The notes beneath the pieces were generated by a model that searched no databases, was not told the origin of the DNA, and saw nothing but the letters and a program-made list of their open reading frames with translations. A stretch of 64,000 nucleotides of DNA from an uncultured Actinomycetota bacterium (GTDB lineage: Bacteria; Actinomycetota; Thermoleophilia; Solirubrobacterales; Solirubrobacteraceae): contig CAVWTW010000008.1 in NCBI GenBank assembly GCA_963758035.1, positions 34,917 through 98,916 of the forward strand, read 5' to 3'. The first letter of the stretch is position 1. Each line of letters starts with the position of its first letter. Position numbers and translations under genes: made by a program. Shown in pieces: positions 29,447-37,981 of this stretch.

Positions 29447-30339
29447 GTCTGCAGGTCCAGGATCGCATCCGCCAGCCAGCCGGCCTCCTCGGCCCATGAC
29501 GCGACGGGCTCCGCCGGACGCACGACGAACTTCGACAGGCCCGACTCGACGCATCCGGACACGAACGCACGCAGCCCCGACGCGCCGACGGGCACGAGCT
29601 CGCGCGGGTCGACGTCGCGCCGTCGGGCGGCGATCGCTCGCAGCACGTCGGCCGGCGCCTGGCCGCGCGTGTAGGCGATGCTCAGCCCGAAGTGCTCAGG
29701 ATCGACCTCGCGCCCGGCGCGGTCGGCGGCCTCCTGGATCCGGCCCCGGGCGATCCCGGTCTCGGCCGGGGTGAGCTGCGCTCCCAGCCACCCATCGGCC
29801 ACGCGTCCGACGCGGTCAAGCGCTTTGGGGCCGCGTCCGCCCAGCCACACCTCCAGCGGATCCTGCGTGGGGCGGCCCGGGCTCGGCAGGGCGGTGAAGG
29901 ACCACCGCTCCGAGCGGTGCGTGACCGTCTCTCCCGCCCACCATGCGCGTAGGAGGCTGAGCACCTCCTCCAGCACCGCGCCCGGGCTCGCGCCGTCCAG
30001 GCCCAGCGCCTCCCGCTCCGCACGCTGGCCCAGGCCGGTGACGAAGCTGAGCAGCAGGCGGCCGCCCGAGATCTGGTCGAGCTGGGCGAGCTCCTTGGCC
30101 AGCAGGAACGGGTGGCGTCCCAACGGCACGACGTTCGCGCCCAGCCGCAGGCGCTGGGTCCGGCCCGCGGCGAGGGCCAGGCCGAGCAGGGGGTCGAGCG
30201 CCGGGGCGATCGGGAGGTCTGAGAGCCAGATGCCGTCGAAGTCGCTGGCCTCCAGCGCCTCGACGAACTCCAGCATCGTCGCGCTCGTCAGCGAGGCGGT
30301 TGGGGGCGCCACGGCAAACCGGACCTTCATGGTGCTCAT
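29443..30339 (-). CDS. LLM-class (luciferase-like) F420-dependent oxidoreductase
   Basis: MSTMKVRFAV...FDGIWLSDL...LGANVVPLGRHPFLLAKELAQLDQISGGRLLLSF are luciferase-like monooxygenase family motifs. The start is 30339 or 30330. Confidence 0.8.
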   Translation of the reverse strand: MSTMKVRFAVAPPTASLTSATMLEFVEALEASDFDGIWLSDLPIAPALDPLLGLALAAGRTQRLRLGANVVPLGRHPFLLAKELAQLDQISGGRLLLSFVTGLGQRAEREALGLDGASPGAVLEEVLSLLRAWWAGETVTHRSERWSFTALPSPGRPTQDPLEVWLGGRGPKALDRVGRVADGWLGAQLTPAETGIARGRIQEAADRAGREVDPEHFGLSIAYTRGQAPADVLRAIAARRRDVDPRELVPVGASGLRAFVSGCVESGLSKFVVRPAEPVASWAEEAGWLADAILDLQT

Positions 30340-30403
30340 GGTCGCAGGCGGGCACCGCATGCCTAGACTCGGCTGGCCGCCTTCGTCAACGTCAGGAGCC
30401 GCC

Positions 30404-30820
30404 GTGTCGACGTCGCCAGCCGATTTCAACGCCCAGATCATCGACGAGTTCCGCGCCAACGAGGGCCGGGTGGGCGGGATGTTTCAGAACATGCCGCTCC
30501 TGCTCCTGCATCACACCGGCGCCAGGTCGGGCACCGCCCACGTCAATCCCCTCGCGTACCTGCGCGACGGCGACCGCTACGTGATCTTCGCCTCCAAGGG
30601 CGGCGCGCCCGACAACCCGGCCTGGTACCACAACCTCAAGGCCCACCCCGACATGACGATCGAGGTCGGCACCGACAGCGTCGATGTCCGCGCCGAGGAG
30701 GCTGAGTCCGGCGAGCGCGACCGGCTCTACGCCACCCAGTCCGAGCGGTCGCCGCAGTTCACCGAGTACGAGGCCAAGGCCGGGCGCACCATCCCCGTGA
30801 TGGTGCTCACGCCACGCTGA
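30404..30820 (+). CDS. deazaflavin (F420H2)-dependent nitroreductase-family oxidoreductase (DDN-like)
   Basis: GTG 30404 lies behind AGGAG. FNAQIIDEFRANEGRVGG.F...PLLLLHHTGARSG...NPLAYL.DGDRYVIFASKGGAPDNPAWYHNL is the DDN family pattern. The long upstream part of the track ORF is a shadow of the LLM gene. Confidence 0.85.
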   Translation: MSTSPADFNAQIIDEFRANEGRVGGMFQNMPLLLLHHTGARSGTAHVNPLAYLRDGDRYVIFASKGGAPDNPAWYHNLKAHPDMTIEVGTDSVDVRAEEAESGERDRLYATQSERSPQFTEYEAKAGRTIPVMVLTPR

Positions 30821-31859
30821 TCGTCGTCCGCGCGGCCGCGCTGCGCCGCGCAGCCTCCAGCACGCGTAACACCGCGACCGCGTCGCCGGGGTCGACCGGT
30901 GGCGGCCCGCCATCGCGCAGCGCCGCGGCCAGCAGCGCATAGAACCGGCCCCAGTCGCCGCGCTCGCCGGGAACGGGGACGCTCGCGTCGCCGGTGACCA
31001 GCCGTCCCCGGTGCGCCTCTAGCTCGACGCCCCAATCCGCGACGGTATCCGGCCGCTCCCCGGCGCGGAGCCGGTCCTCCTGGGAGTCCAGCCGCGTGAG
31101 CACGAAGGCCGCCTCGCTACCCAGCACGCGCAGCCGTGGCCCGGGCGCGGCGGTGACCGCCGAGGCGCGCAGATGGCTGATCGTGCCCGAGTGGTGGCGT
31201 AGCGCGATGAAGACATCGTCATCGGCCGCAAGCCCGCGGCGGGAGTCGACCTCGGCGTACACGTCGCTGACGGGACCGAACAAGGTCAGGGCCTGGTCGA
31301 CGAGATGGCTGCCGAGATCCAGCAGCAGCCCGCCGCCCTGCTCGGGCGACAGGGTCTCGCGCCATGAGCCGGGCTTCGGTGACGGGCGCCACCGCTCGAA
31401 CCGCGATTCGTAGCGCAGGACATCCCCCAGGTGGCCACCGTCGAGCAGACGGCGGAGCGTGAGATGGTCAGAGTCCCAGCGGCGGTTCTGGAACACGGTG
31501 AGCAGCACGCCGGCGCGCTGGGCGCCGAGCGCGAGCTCCTCGGCGCGCGCCGCCGTCACCGCCAGCGGCTTGTCCACCACCACGGGGAGGCCGTGGTCGA
31601 TTGCGGCCGTCGCCAGCGGAAGGTGGGTCTCGTTGGGCGTGGCGATGACCACCAGGTCGTGGTCGTCACGCTCCCACAGCCGCTCGGCGCCGCTGAGCGT
31701 GCGCGCCGCGGGATGGTCGCGGGCCACCTGGGCCTGACGCTCCGGGCTGGAGGTCACCACGCTGGCCACGGTCAGCCCGTGCGTCGCTGCGATCAGCGGC
31801 GCGTGAAAGACGCGGCCGGCGAGCCCGTATCCGATGATCGCCACACGCAGGTCGGCCAC
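30807..31859 (-). CDS. Gfo/Idh/MocA-family oxidoreductase
   Basis: Rossmann N-terminus RVAIIGYGLAGRVFHAPLI and the typical VVDKPLA block. Confidence 0.88.
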   Translation of the reverse strand: MADLRVAIIGYGLAGRVFHAPLIAATHGLTVASVVTSSPERQAQVARDHPAARTLSGAERLWERDDHDLVVIATPNETHLPLATAAIDHGLPVVVDKPLAVTAARAEELALGAQRAGVLLTVFQNRRWDSDHLTLRRLLDGGHLGDVLRYESRFERWRPSPKPGSWRETLSPEQGGGLLLDLGSHLVDQALTLFGPVSDVYAEVDSRRGLAADDDVFIALRHHSGTISHLRASAVTAAPGPRLRVLGSEAAFVLTRLDSQEDRLRAGERPDTVADWGVELEAHRGRLVTGDASVPVPGERGDWGRFYALLAAALRDGGPPPVDPGDAVAVLRVLEAARRSAAARTTISVA

Positions 31860-31906
31860 CCGCCCAGCATAGGCAGCGACCCACCCGCACTAGGCTTCGG
31901 ACGCGA

Positions 31907-32656
31907 ATGGAGTTCCGGCCCGCCATACCGCCAGGCCCGCCCGCGCCGCCCGAGGCCTTCTACACCGGCCTCGGCCTCGCCGACCGGGCGCCCGCCGGAC
32001 GCCCCTACGTCGTGGCCAACTTCATCTCCAGCGCCGATGGCAAGGCAACGGCCGACGGGCGCACCGCCTCGCTCGGCAGCCCCGGCGATCGCGCCGCATT
32101 TCATCTGCTGCGCACCGAGGTCGATGCGGTGCTCGCCGGCACCCGCACGCTGTTCATCGAGAAGTACGGGCCCCTGGCCAAGGAGCCGCGCCTGTCGGAG
32201 CTGCGCGTCCGCGCGGGCCGTCAGCCCCAGCCCCTCGCCGTGGTGATCAGCCGCACCAGCACCGTCCCCTTCGACATCCCCCTGTTCGCCGACGCCGCCT
32301 CGCGCGTCGCCCTCTACGCGCCGCCGGGGACGACCGCGCCCGACTGTGCCGCGCAGGTGACCGTCCACGAGATCGGATCCGACGATGGGGCGCTGGCCGA
32401 TGTGCTCCGCTCGCTGCGAGCCGACCACGACGTGCGCTCCCTGCTATGCGAGGGCGGCCCCAGTCTGTTCAGCGCGATGCTGGTGGACGGCCTCATCGAC
32501 GAGCTGTTCCTGACCGTCGCGCCCAAGGTGGTGGGCGGCGACGGCATGGGAATCACCACCGGGCGGCCCCTGGACGAGTTGGCCGACGTCCGCCTGGTGT
32601 GTGCGCTCGAGCAGGACGGCACGCTGTTCCTGCGCTACGCCTGCTCCCGTGACTGA
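31907..32656 (+). CDS. RibD C-terminal-domain / dihydrofolate-reductase-family protein
   Basis: RPYVVANFISSADGKAT...GSPGDRAAFHLLRTEVDAVLAGTRT...LLCEGGPSLFSAML is the RibD_C pattern. Confidence 0.75.
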   Translation: MEFRPAIPPGPPAPPEAFYTGLGLADRAPAGRPYVVANFISSADGKATADGRTASLGSPGDRAAFHLLRTEVDAVLAGTRTLFIEKYGPLAKEPRLSELRVRAGRQPQPLAVVISRTSTVPFDIPLFADAASRVALYAPPGTTAPDCAAQVTVHEIGSDDGALADVLRSLRADHDVRSLLCEGGPSLFSAMLVDGLIDELFLTVAPKVVGGDGMGITTGRPLDELADVRLVCALEQDGTLFLRYACSRD

Positions 32657-33524
32657 ACGCCGCGTCGACTGCATCGGCGTGGTGGTGCACCCGTCACGCA
32701 ACATCGACGTGCCCCTGGACCGGCTGCGGAGCTGGGCAGCTGCGCACAGTGTCACCGTCGCGCAGATCGCGGTGCCCGGGCAGGATCGGACGGTGGCCGA
32801 TGCCGGTGACGTCGGCGACTGCGACCTCATCGTGTCGATCGGCGGCGACGGAACGATGCTCGCCGCCATCCGCGCGGCGGTGGCGGTGGACCTCCCCGTC
32901 CTCGGCGTGTCCTGCGGCAGCCTCGGCGTCCTCACCGCGGTCGGCAGCGACGCGCTGCCCGCGGCCCTGGACCGGTTCCGCGAGGACCACTGGACGCCGC
33001 GCGCGCTGCCCGCGCTCACTGTGGCCCGGTCCGATGGGCCCGACCTGTTCGCGCTCAACGACGTCAGCATCGTGCGCAACGGCATCGGCCAGGTGCGAGT
33101 CACGAGCCGGGTGGACGGAGTCCTGTTCAGCCGCCTCGCGGGCGACGGGTGCATCGTCAGCACGGCGTTGGGCTCCTCCGCGTACTCGCTGGCCGCGGGC
33201 GGTCCCCTGCTCGCCCCCGGCACCGAGGCCTTCGTGCTCACGCCCCTGCCCGCCCACGGTGGCTCGCGACAGGCCCTCATCGTCGCCGCCGCCTCGGAGT
33301 TGGCACTGGAGCTGACCGCCGGTCGGGGCGGCGCGCGCATGGAGATCGACGGCCAGGTGGCGGGATCGGACCCGCACGACCTCACGATCCGCCTACGCCC
33401 CGGCGTGGCCACGCTCGTCGCCTTCGCTGACCAGGAGCCGGTGTTCACGGCGCTGCGACGCCGCGGGATCATCGCGGACAGCCCGCGGATCGTCGCCGAC
33501 GCCTCCCGGCGCATCCCTCACTAG
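32649..33524 (+). CDS. nadK: NAD kinase
   Basis: GTG 32649 overlaps the previous stop (GTGACTGA). DLIVSIGGDGTML (GGDGT motif), LGVSCGSLGVL, NDVSI, DGCIVSTALGSSAYSLAAGGP. Confidence 0.92.
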   Translation: MTERRVDCIGVVVHPSRNIDVPLDRLRSWAAAHSVTVAQIAVPGQDRTVADAGDVGDCDLIVSIGGDGTMLAAIRAAVAVDLPVLGVSCGSLGVLTAVGSDALPAALDRFREDHWTPRALPALTVARSDGPDLFALNDVSIVRNGIGQVRVTSRVDGVLFSRLAGDGCIVSTALGSSAYSLAAGGPLLAPGTEAFVLTPLPAHGGSRQALIVAAASELALELTAGRGGARMEIDGQVAGSDPHDLTIRLRPGVATLVAFADQEPVFTALRRRGIIADSPRIVADASRRIPH

Positions 33525-33684
33525 CACACACGCCGGACAGAAGAAACCCAAATCCGCAGAAACTACGGATCAGGGTCTGACGGGACTGGACGATGACCCC
33601 GGCACAGGAAACCCCGCTATTGCATAGAGGCGGACCCCAAACCATCGCCCACCGCCACCTACTGACCGGGGGCTATCAAGGAGG

Positions 33685-34068
33685 ATGAAGATGCACCGCA
33701 TTTCACGGAGGATGGTCGCAGTGGTCGTGGTCATCGGCGCGATTGCCGCCGGCGGCGCCGCCTTCACGGCGAGCAACACCGTCCACGACAGCGTCGCCGG
33801 TTACGGCACCTCGAACATCACCGGCGCGACGGCCAGCGACGTTCACTACACCCTGAGCGCTGACGGCACTCAGATCAACACGGTTCTGCTGACCTTCACC
33901 GGTGATCTGACCAATGACACCGTGCAGGCCGGCTTCGGGACCGACGCCCTCACCACCTGCACGGCGCCCTCGTACGACGGCACCACGAGCAGCACCTCGA
34001 CATGCACCGGCTACACCCAGTCGACGGCTTCGTCGGCCACCTTCAACGTGGCGGTCACCAACAACTAG
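33685..34068 (+). CDS. small exported Thr/Ser-rich protein with SipW-cognate-like signal peptide
   Basis: A perfect AAGGAGG abuts ATG 33685, so ATG 33691 (6-nt spacing) may be the real start. The N-terminus RISRRMVAVVVVIGAIAAGGAAFTASNT is followed by a roughly 100-aa beta-rich T/S/G-rich mature part with 3 Cys. It sits directly upstream of a SipW-type peptidase. Confidence 0.7.
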   Translation: MKMHRISRRMVAVVVVIGAIAAGGAAFTASNTVHDSVAGYGTSNITGATASDVHYTLSADGTQINTVLLTFTGDLTNDTVQAGFGTDALTTCTAPSYDGTTSSTSTCTGYTQSTASSATFNVAVTNN

Positions 34069-34094
34069 TTGCCGCGACGTACTCGACATGACAG

Positions 34095-34119
34095 GAGCGC
34101 GGCCCTCGCGGCCGCGCTC
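34095..34119 (+). terminator. perfect GC hairpin between the small exported-protein gene and the peptidase gene (attenuator/terminator candidate)
   Basis: GAGCGCGGCC-CTCGC-GGCCGCGCTC, a 10-bp perfect stem followed by TT. Confidence 0.45.
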
Positions 34120-34162
34120 TTCGCCATCGACGGGCCGCGACCAGCGGACATGAAGACTCATC

Positions 34163-35887
34163 GTGAAATCACACCGATTGCGATCCGGCCTGATCACCGG
34201 CGCCCTCTTGCTTGTCGCGGGCGCCTTTTGGCTGTTCCTGGCACCGCCGAAGATCGGTGGGCGGAGCAGCTATGTGATCACCAGCGGGATCAGCATGGAG
34301 CCGTCCTTCCACACCGGGGACCTGGCCATCGTCCGGCCCGCCGCGGACTACCGGGTGGGCGATGTGGTGGCCTACCACAGCAGCCTGCTGCATGTGGTGG
34401 TGCTGCACCGCATCATCGCGATTCATGGCGGCCACTACGTCTTCAAAGGCGACAACAACAACTTCGTCGATCCGACGCATCCCACTCGCTCGCAACTGGT
34501 CGGCGCCCTGTGGGTGCACATTCCGCATGGGGGTGTCGTCCTGCACTGGCTGCACTCGCCGGTCATGGCGGCCGTGCTCTGCGGGCTCGTGGCGCTGCTG
34601 CTGGTCGGCACCGGAGAGACCAGGCGGCGGCATGACCGCCGAGGCAATCGTGGCCATGGATCCGCTCGCCAGGGAGTGTCAGCGATGACCTCGCCCGACC
34701 GTGGCGCGCCCGCGGAGGTCAGCGTGCGCTCCGCGCTGATCGGAGCGGCCATCGTCGCGGCGGTGTGCACTGCCGTCGCCCTGTTCGCCGCGACCCGGCC
34801 CACGGCGACGAGCGTCACCCACCAGGTCCACTACACGCAGAAGGGTCACATCGCCTACCACGCGACGGTACCCGCCGGGCCCGTGTACCCCAGCGGGACG
34901 GTCAGCACCGGCGATCCCATCTTCCTCCAGCTCGTCCACCGCCTCGCGGTCAAGGCCACCTACCGTTTCGCGACCGATGCGCCGGCGCGGCTGCGAGGCA
35001 CTCAGCAGGTGTTCCTCCAGCTGACCGGTCCCACCGGCTGGACGCGCCAGCTCGCGCTCTCGCCGCCGCGCCACTTCGCGGGACCCGCCATCGCGACGCC
35101 GGCGGCGATCGACCTGCACGCGGTCCAGGCGCTCCTGGATCAGGTCCAGAAGGCCACGGGCATCCCGGCCACCGGGGCGAGCGTCGGGATCGCCATGAAG
35201 GTGCACCTCACCGGCACCGTCGCGGGCCAGCCGGTGGATGAGAGCTTCACGCCCATCGCCGGCTTCCAGCTTCAGCCGCTGGAGCTGACGCCGAGCGGGA
35301 GCGCGCCACCCTCCGCCGCGGCCTCGAGCACCACGCCTTCGTCAGAGACCGGCTTTGACCCGAGTGCGGAGGGGAGGGTGACCGTCGTCTCGTCCGTCCC
35401 CAACACCGTCAGCCTCGCCGGCCACGTCGCGCGCTACTCCACGATCGCGTGGCTCGCCCTCGCCGGCCTCGTGCTCACGGCCGGCCTGGCGGCCTTCCTG
35501 GCCGTGCTCCTCAAGCGCAACCAGGCCTTCGACGAGGCGGCGCGGATCCGCGCCCGCTACGGCCACCTCCTCGTGCCGATCGTGATCGGCGAGGACCTGG
35601 GCTGGCCACCGGTCGATGTCGCCAGCTTCAAGGCGCTGGCGCGCCTGGCCGAGAGCGCCGGCCAGCTCGTCCTGCATCATCAGGCCGACGCCGTGGACAC
35701 CTACCTGGTCAATGACAACGGGACGGTGTACCGCTACCAGATCGCGCTGCCGCTGGTGAGCTGGGGCGAGTGGACGGAGACCAACGTCGTCGCAGACCCC
35801 GCCGCCCTCGCCGAGGCGGCAACGGTACTGGCGGATGCGGCCGTGGCGGCCGCTCCCGAGAACGAGGCGGCACCCACAGAGGGTTAA
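34163..35887 (+). CDS. SipW/ER-type (S26B) signal peptidase I fused to a DUF5305-like membrane module
   Basis: N-terminal TM, then SGISMEPSFHTGD (Ser box), VLHRI (His box) and FKGDNNNFVD. A second TM is followed by a roughly 230-aa exterior region, a third TM (IAWLALAGLVLTAGLAAFLAVLL) and a cytoplasmic tail (RYGHLLVPIV...YLVNDNGTVYRY) like the DUF5305 proteins that normally neighbour such peptidases (family name from memory). Confidence 0.75.
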   Translation: MKSHRLRSGLITGALLLVAGAFWLFLAPPKIGGRSSYVITSGISMEPSFHTGDLAIVRPAADYRVGDVVAYHSSLLHVVVLHRIIAIHGGHYVFKGDNNNFVDPTHPTRSQLVGALWVHIPHGGVVLHWLHSPVMAAVLCGLVALLLVGTGETRRRHDRRGNRGHGSARQGVSAMTSPDRGAPAEVSVRSALIGAAIVAAVCTAVALFAATRPTATSVTHQVHYTQKGHIAYHATVPAGPVYPSGTVSTGDPIFLQLVHRLAVKATYRFATDAPARLRGTQQVFLQLTGPTGWTRQLALSPPRHFAGPAIATPAAIDLHAVQALLDQVQKATGIPATGASVGIAMKVHLTGTVAGQPVDESFTPIAGFQLQPLELTPSGSAPPSAAASSTTPSSETGFDPSAEGRVTVVSSVPNTVSLAGHVARYSTIAWLALAGLVLTAGLAAFLAVLLKRNQAFDEAARIRARYGHLLVPIVIGEDLGWPPVDVASFKALARLAESAGQLVLHHQADAVDTYLVNDNGTVYRYQIALPLVSWGEWTETNVVADPAALAEAATVLADAAVAAAPENEAAPTEG

Positions 35888-35896
35888 GCTCGCCGG

Positions 35897-36793
35897 GTGA
35901 CGGACCTTCGCCGGCTGCAGTATTTCCTGGCCGTCGCCCGCGAGCGCAACTTCACGCGGGCCGCCGAGCAGCTGCACATCGCCCAGCCCGCCCTCTCGCG
36001 CCAGGTGCGACTCCTGGAGGATGAGCTCGGCGTGGAACTGCTGCACCGCACGACGCACTCGTTCGAGCTCACGGAGGCCGGCGCGTTCCTGCTCGAACGC
36101 GGCCCGGCGGTGCTCGCGGGAGTCGATGAGCTGTGGCGCGCCGTGCGCACATACGGGAGCGGGGACAGCGGGAGCGTGGTCTTCGCCTACGGGGCCAGTG
36201 CCAGCTACGAGACCGCGCCCAAGCTGCTCCAGGCGCTGGTCGCGCGGCACCCCGGGGTGCAGATCGCCACCGCGGTGAAGTCTGTGAGCGAGATCGTGGC
36301 TGGTGTCACCGAGGGGTCGATCGACCTCGGCCTCATCCGCTGCCCACCCGCCGATGCGGGGCTGGATACGCGCACGATTCGCCGCGAGCCCCAGGGCCTG
36401 CTCGTCCGGCGCGACCATCGTCTGGCCCACGGCCCGGCGGCCGCCGTGTCCGACCTCGCCGGTGAGAGCGTCCTCCTGCACCCGCGCGAGGCCAATCCGG
36501 GTCACTACGACGCCATCATCGAGCTGTGTCGTGCGCAAGGATTCGAGCCACGGGTGCAGCTGCGCAGCCTCAGCTTCGATCTCGCCTACACGCCGGTGGC
36601 CAACGGCGACGCCGTGGCGGTCATCGGTGAGTCATCGCGCCTGGGGCTCCCGGACGATCTCCGGTGGGTGCCCCTGAGCCCACCGGCCGCTCTGGAGGTG
36701 AGCCTCGTCGTCCGGCGCTACAACCGCCCCGCGGCGGTGGATCGGATGCTGGAGACCGCGGCCGAGGTGTCGGTCGGGCTCGGCTGGACGTAA
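35897..36793 (+). CDS. LysR-family transcriptional regulator
   Basis: LRRLQYFLAVARERNFTRAAEQLHIAQPALSRQVRLLEDELGVELL is the canonical LysR HTH. GTG start. Confidence 0.93.
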   Translation: MTDLRRLQYFLAVARERNFTRAAEQLHIAQPALSRQVRLLEDELGVELLHRTTHSFELTEAGAFLLERGPAVLAGVDELWRAVRTYGSGDSGSVVFAYGASASYETAPKLLQALVARHPGVQIATAVKSVSEIVAGVTEGSIDLGLIRCPPADAGLDTRTIRREPQGLLVRRDHRLAHGPAAAVSDLAGESVLLHPREANPGHYDAIIELCRAQGFEPRVQLRSLSFDLAYTPVANGDAVAVIGESSRLGLPDDLRWVPLSPPAALEVSLVVRRYNRPAAVDRMLETAAEVSVGLGWT

Positions 36794-37218
36794 TCGACGC
36801 CCTCGCCGCCTTCGCCGAACGCGACGTTGCGGGCGTAGAGCGTGTCCATGTACTCGCGGACCTCCTGGATCTGCCCGCCGGCGACCGTGAACACGCCGAT
36901 GCAGCCGTTCTCATAGACCTGGCCGGCTCGCGTCCGTGCGCGGCTCGTCCACTGCACCACCACCTGGTCGGCCTCGGCGACCATACCGGTGATCTCGAGG
37001 TTGATCGAGCCCGGGACGTAGTAGGACTGGGCGGTGGCGAGGAAGTCGTCGATGATCGCGTCGCGCCCTTCCCAGGTCCCCGCGATCGGCAGGTCGCCGC
37101 CGGCCAGCGTCCAGATCGCGGTGGGGGAGAACAGCTCGCGTACGGTCTGCGCGTCCCCGGCGGCGACGGCGGCGACGTAGCGCTGGACCACTGCCTTGCT
37201 CTGAGCCTGCGTGTTCAT
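36718..37218 (-). CDS. SnoaL-like / NTF2-family protein
   Basis: MNTQAQSKAVVQRYVAAVAAGDAQTVRELFSPTAIW...EVREYMDT. The roughly 35-aa C-terminal tail overlaps the 3' end of the LysR gene by 76 nt. Confidence 0.7.
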   Translation of the reverse strand: MNTQAQSKAVVQRYVAAVAAGDAQTVRELFSPTAIWTLAGGDLPIAGTWEGRDAIIDDFLATAQSYYVPGSINLEITGMVAEADQVVVQWTSRARTRAGQVYENGCIGVFTVAGGQIQEVREYMDTLYARNVAFGEGGEGVDYVQPSPTDTSAAVSSIRSTAAGRL

Positions 37219-37357
37219 GGTGAGCTTCCTTGGTTGGAGTGAGGTGACGGCGAGGCAGCGTAGGTCGACATGACGGGGATCGGAAATGCCCGCTCGGCAT
37301 GTCTTCAGACCCAAATGAGATTTCACAACGCGCGCCGCGCGACCTAAGGTCGCCGTC

Positions 37358-37981
37358 ATGCCCGCCACGCCCATCTCGTCCGCCCTTGCCCCGCTCGTCG
37401 TCGCCGGCGGCAGCCTTGCCACCGGCCGCGAGCTGGCGCGCCAGGCCGGTGCCGCCGGTCGCGAGGTCCGGCTCGTCGACGAGCCCGCGGACGGTCGTGC
37501 GCTCTGCGCGGCCCTCGACGGCGCCGCCGCCGTGATCCTCATTCCGGCGCGCACCGTCGGGTCGTTGGCGGCACAGGTCCAGGCGATCCTCGACGCGATC
37601 GGCGAGCCCGCCACCGGGCCGCACCTGGTCCTCGTCACCGGTTTCTCGCTCGGGCACGGTCTCCAGCACGCGCTCAACACGCCCGAGCGGCTCGCCGACC
37701 GCTGTCGCGCCGAGGCGCTCGTTCGGGGCGGCGGCCTGCCCTACACCATCGTGCGTCCCACCTGGCTCACCAGCGACCCGCCCGGCCGCTACGCCGTCAC
37801 GCTCACCCAGGACGCGTACGCCGACGGGATGATCGCGCGCGCCGACCTCGCCGCGGTGTGCCTGGCCGCGCTCGCCGAACCGGCGGCACGTGGCACGACG
37901 TTCGCGGTGTTCGCCCAGCCGGGCGCCTCGCCGTGCTCGTGGGCGCCGTTGTTCTCCGCTCTTGACCGGGATGTGGCCTGA
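37358..37981 (+). CDS. NAD(P)H-binding (atypical SDR/NmrA-like) protein
   Basis: Rossmann-like N-terminus (LVVAGGSLATGRELA), YTIVRPTWL, and ADLAAVCLAAL typical of the NAD(P)H-binding family. Confidence 0.65.
   Translation: MPATPISSALAPLVVAGGSLATGRELARQAGAAGREVRLVDEPADGRALCAALDGAAAVILIPARTVGSLAAQVQAILDAIGEPATGPHLVLVTGFSLGHGLQHALNTPERLADRCRAEALVRGGGLPYTIVRPTWLTSDPPGRYAVTLTQDAYADGMIARADLAAVCLAALAEPAARGTTFAVFAQPGASPCSWAPLFSALDRDVA

Noticed and set aside
36718-36793. 76-nt convergent overlap between the LysR gene and the SnoaL-like gene, considered as a possible antisense regulatory arrangement.
   Set aside because: The overlap is caused by a roughly 35-aa low-complexity tail on the SnoaL-like ORF beyond the end of the NTF2 fold. 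That is probably a late stop codon, and there is no supporting structure.
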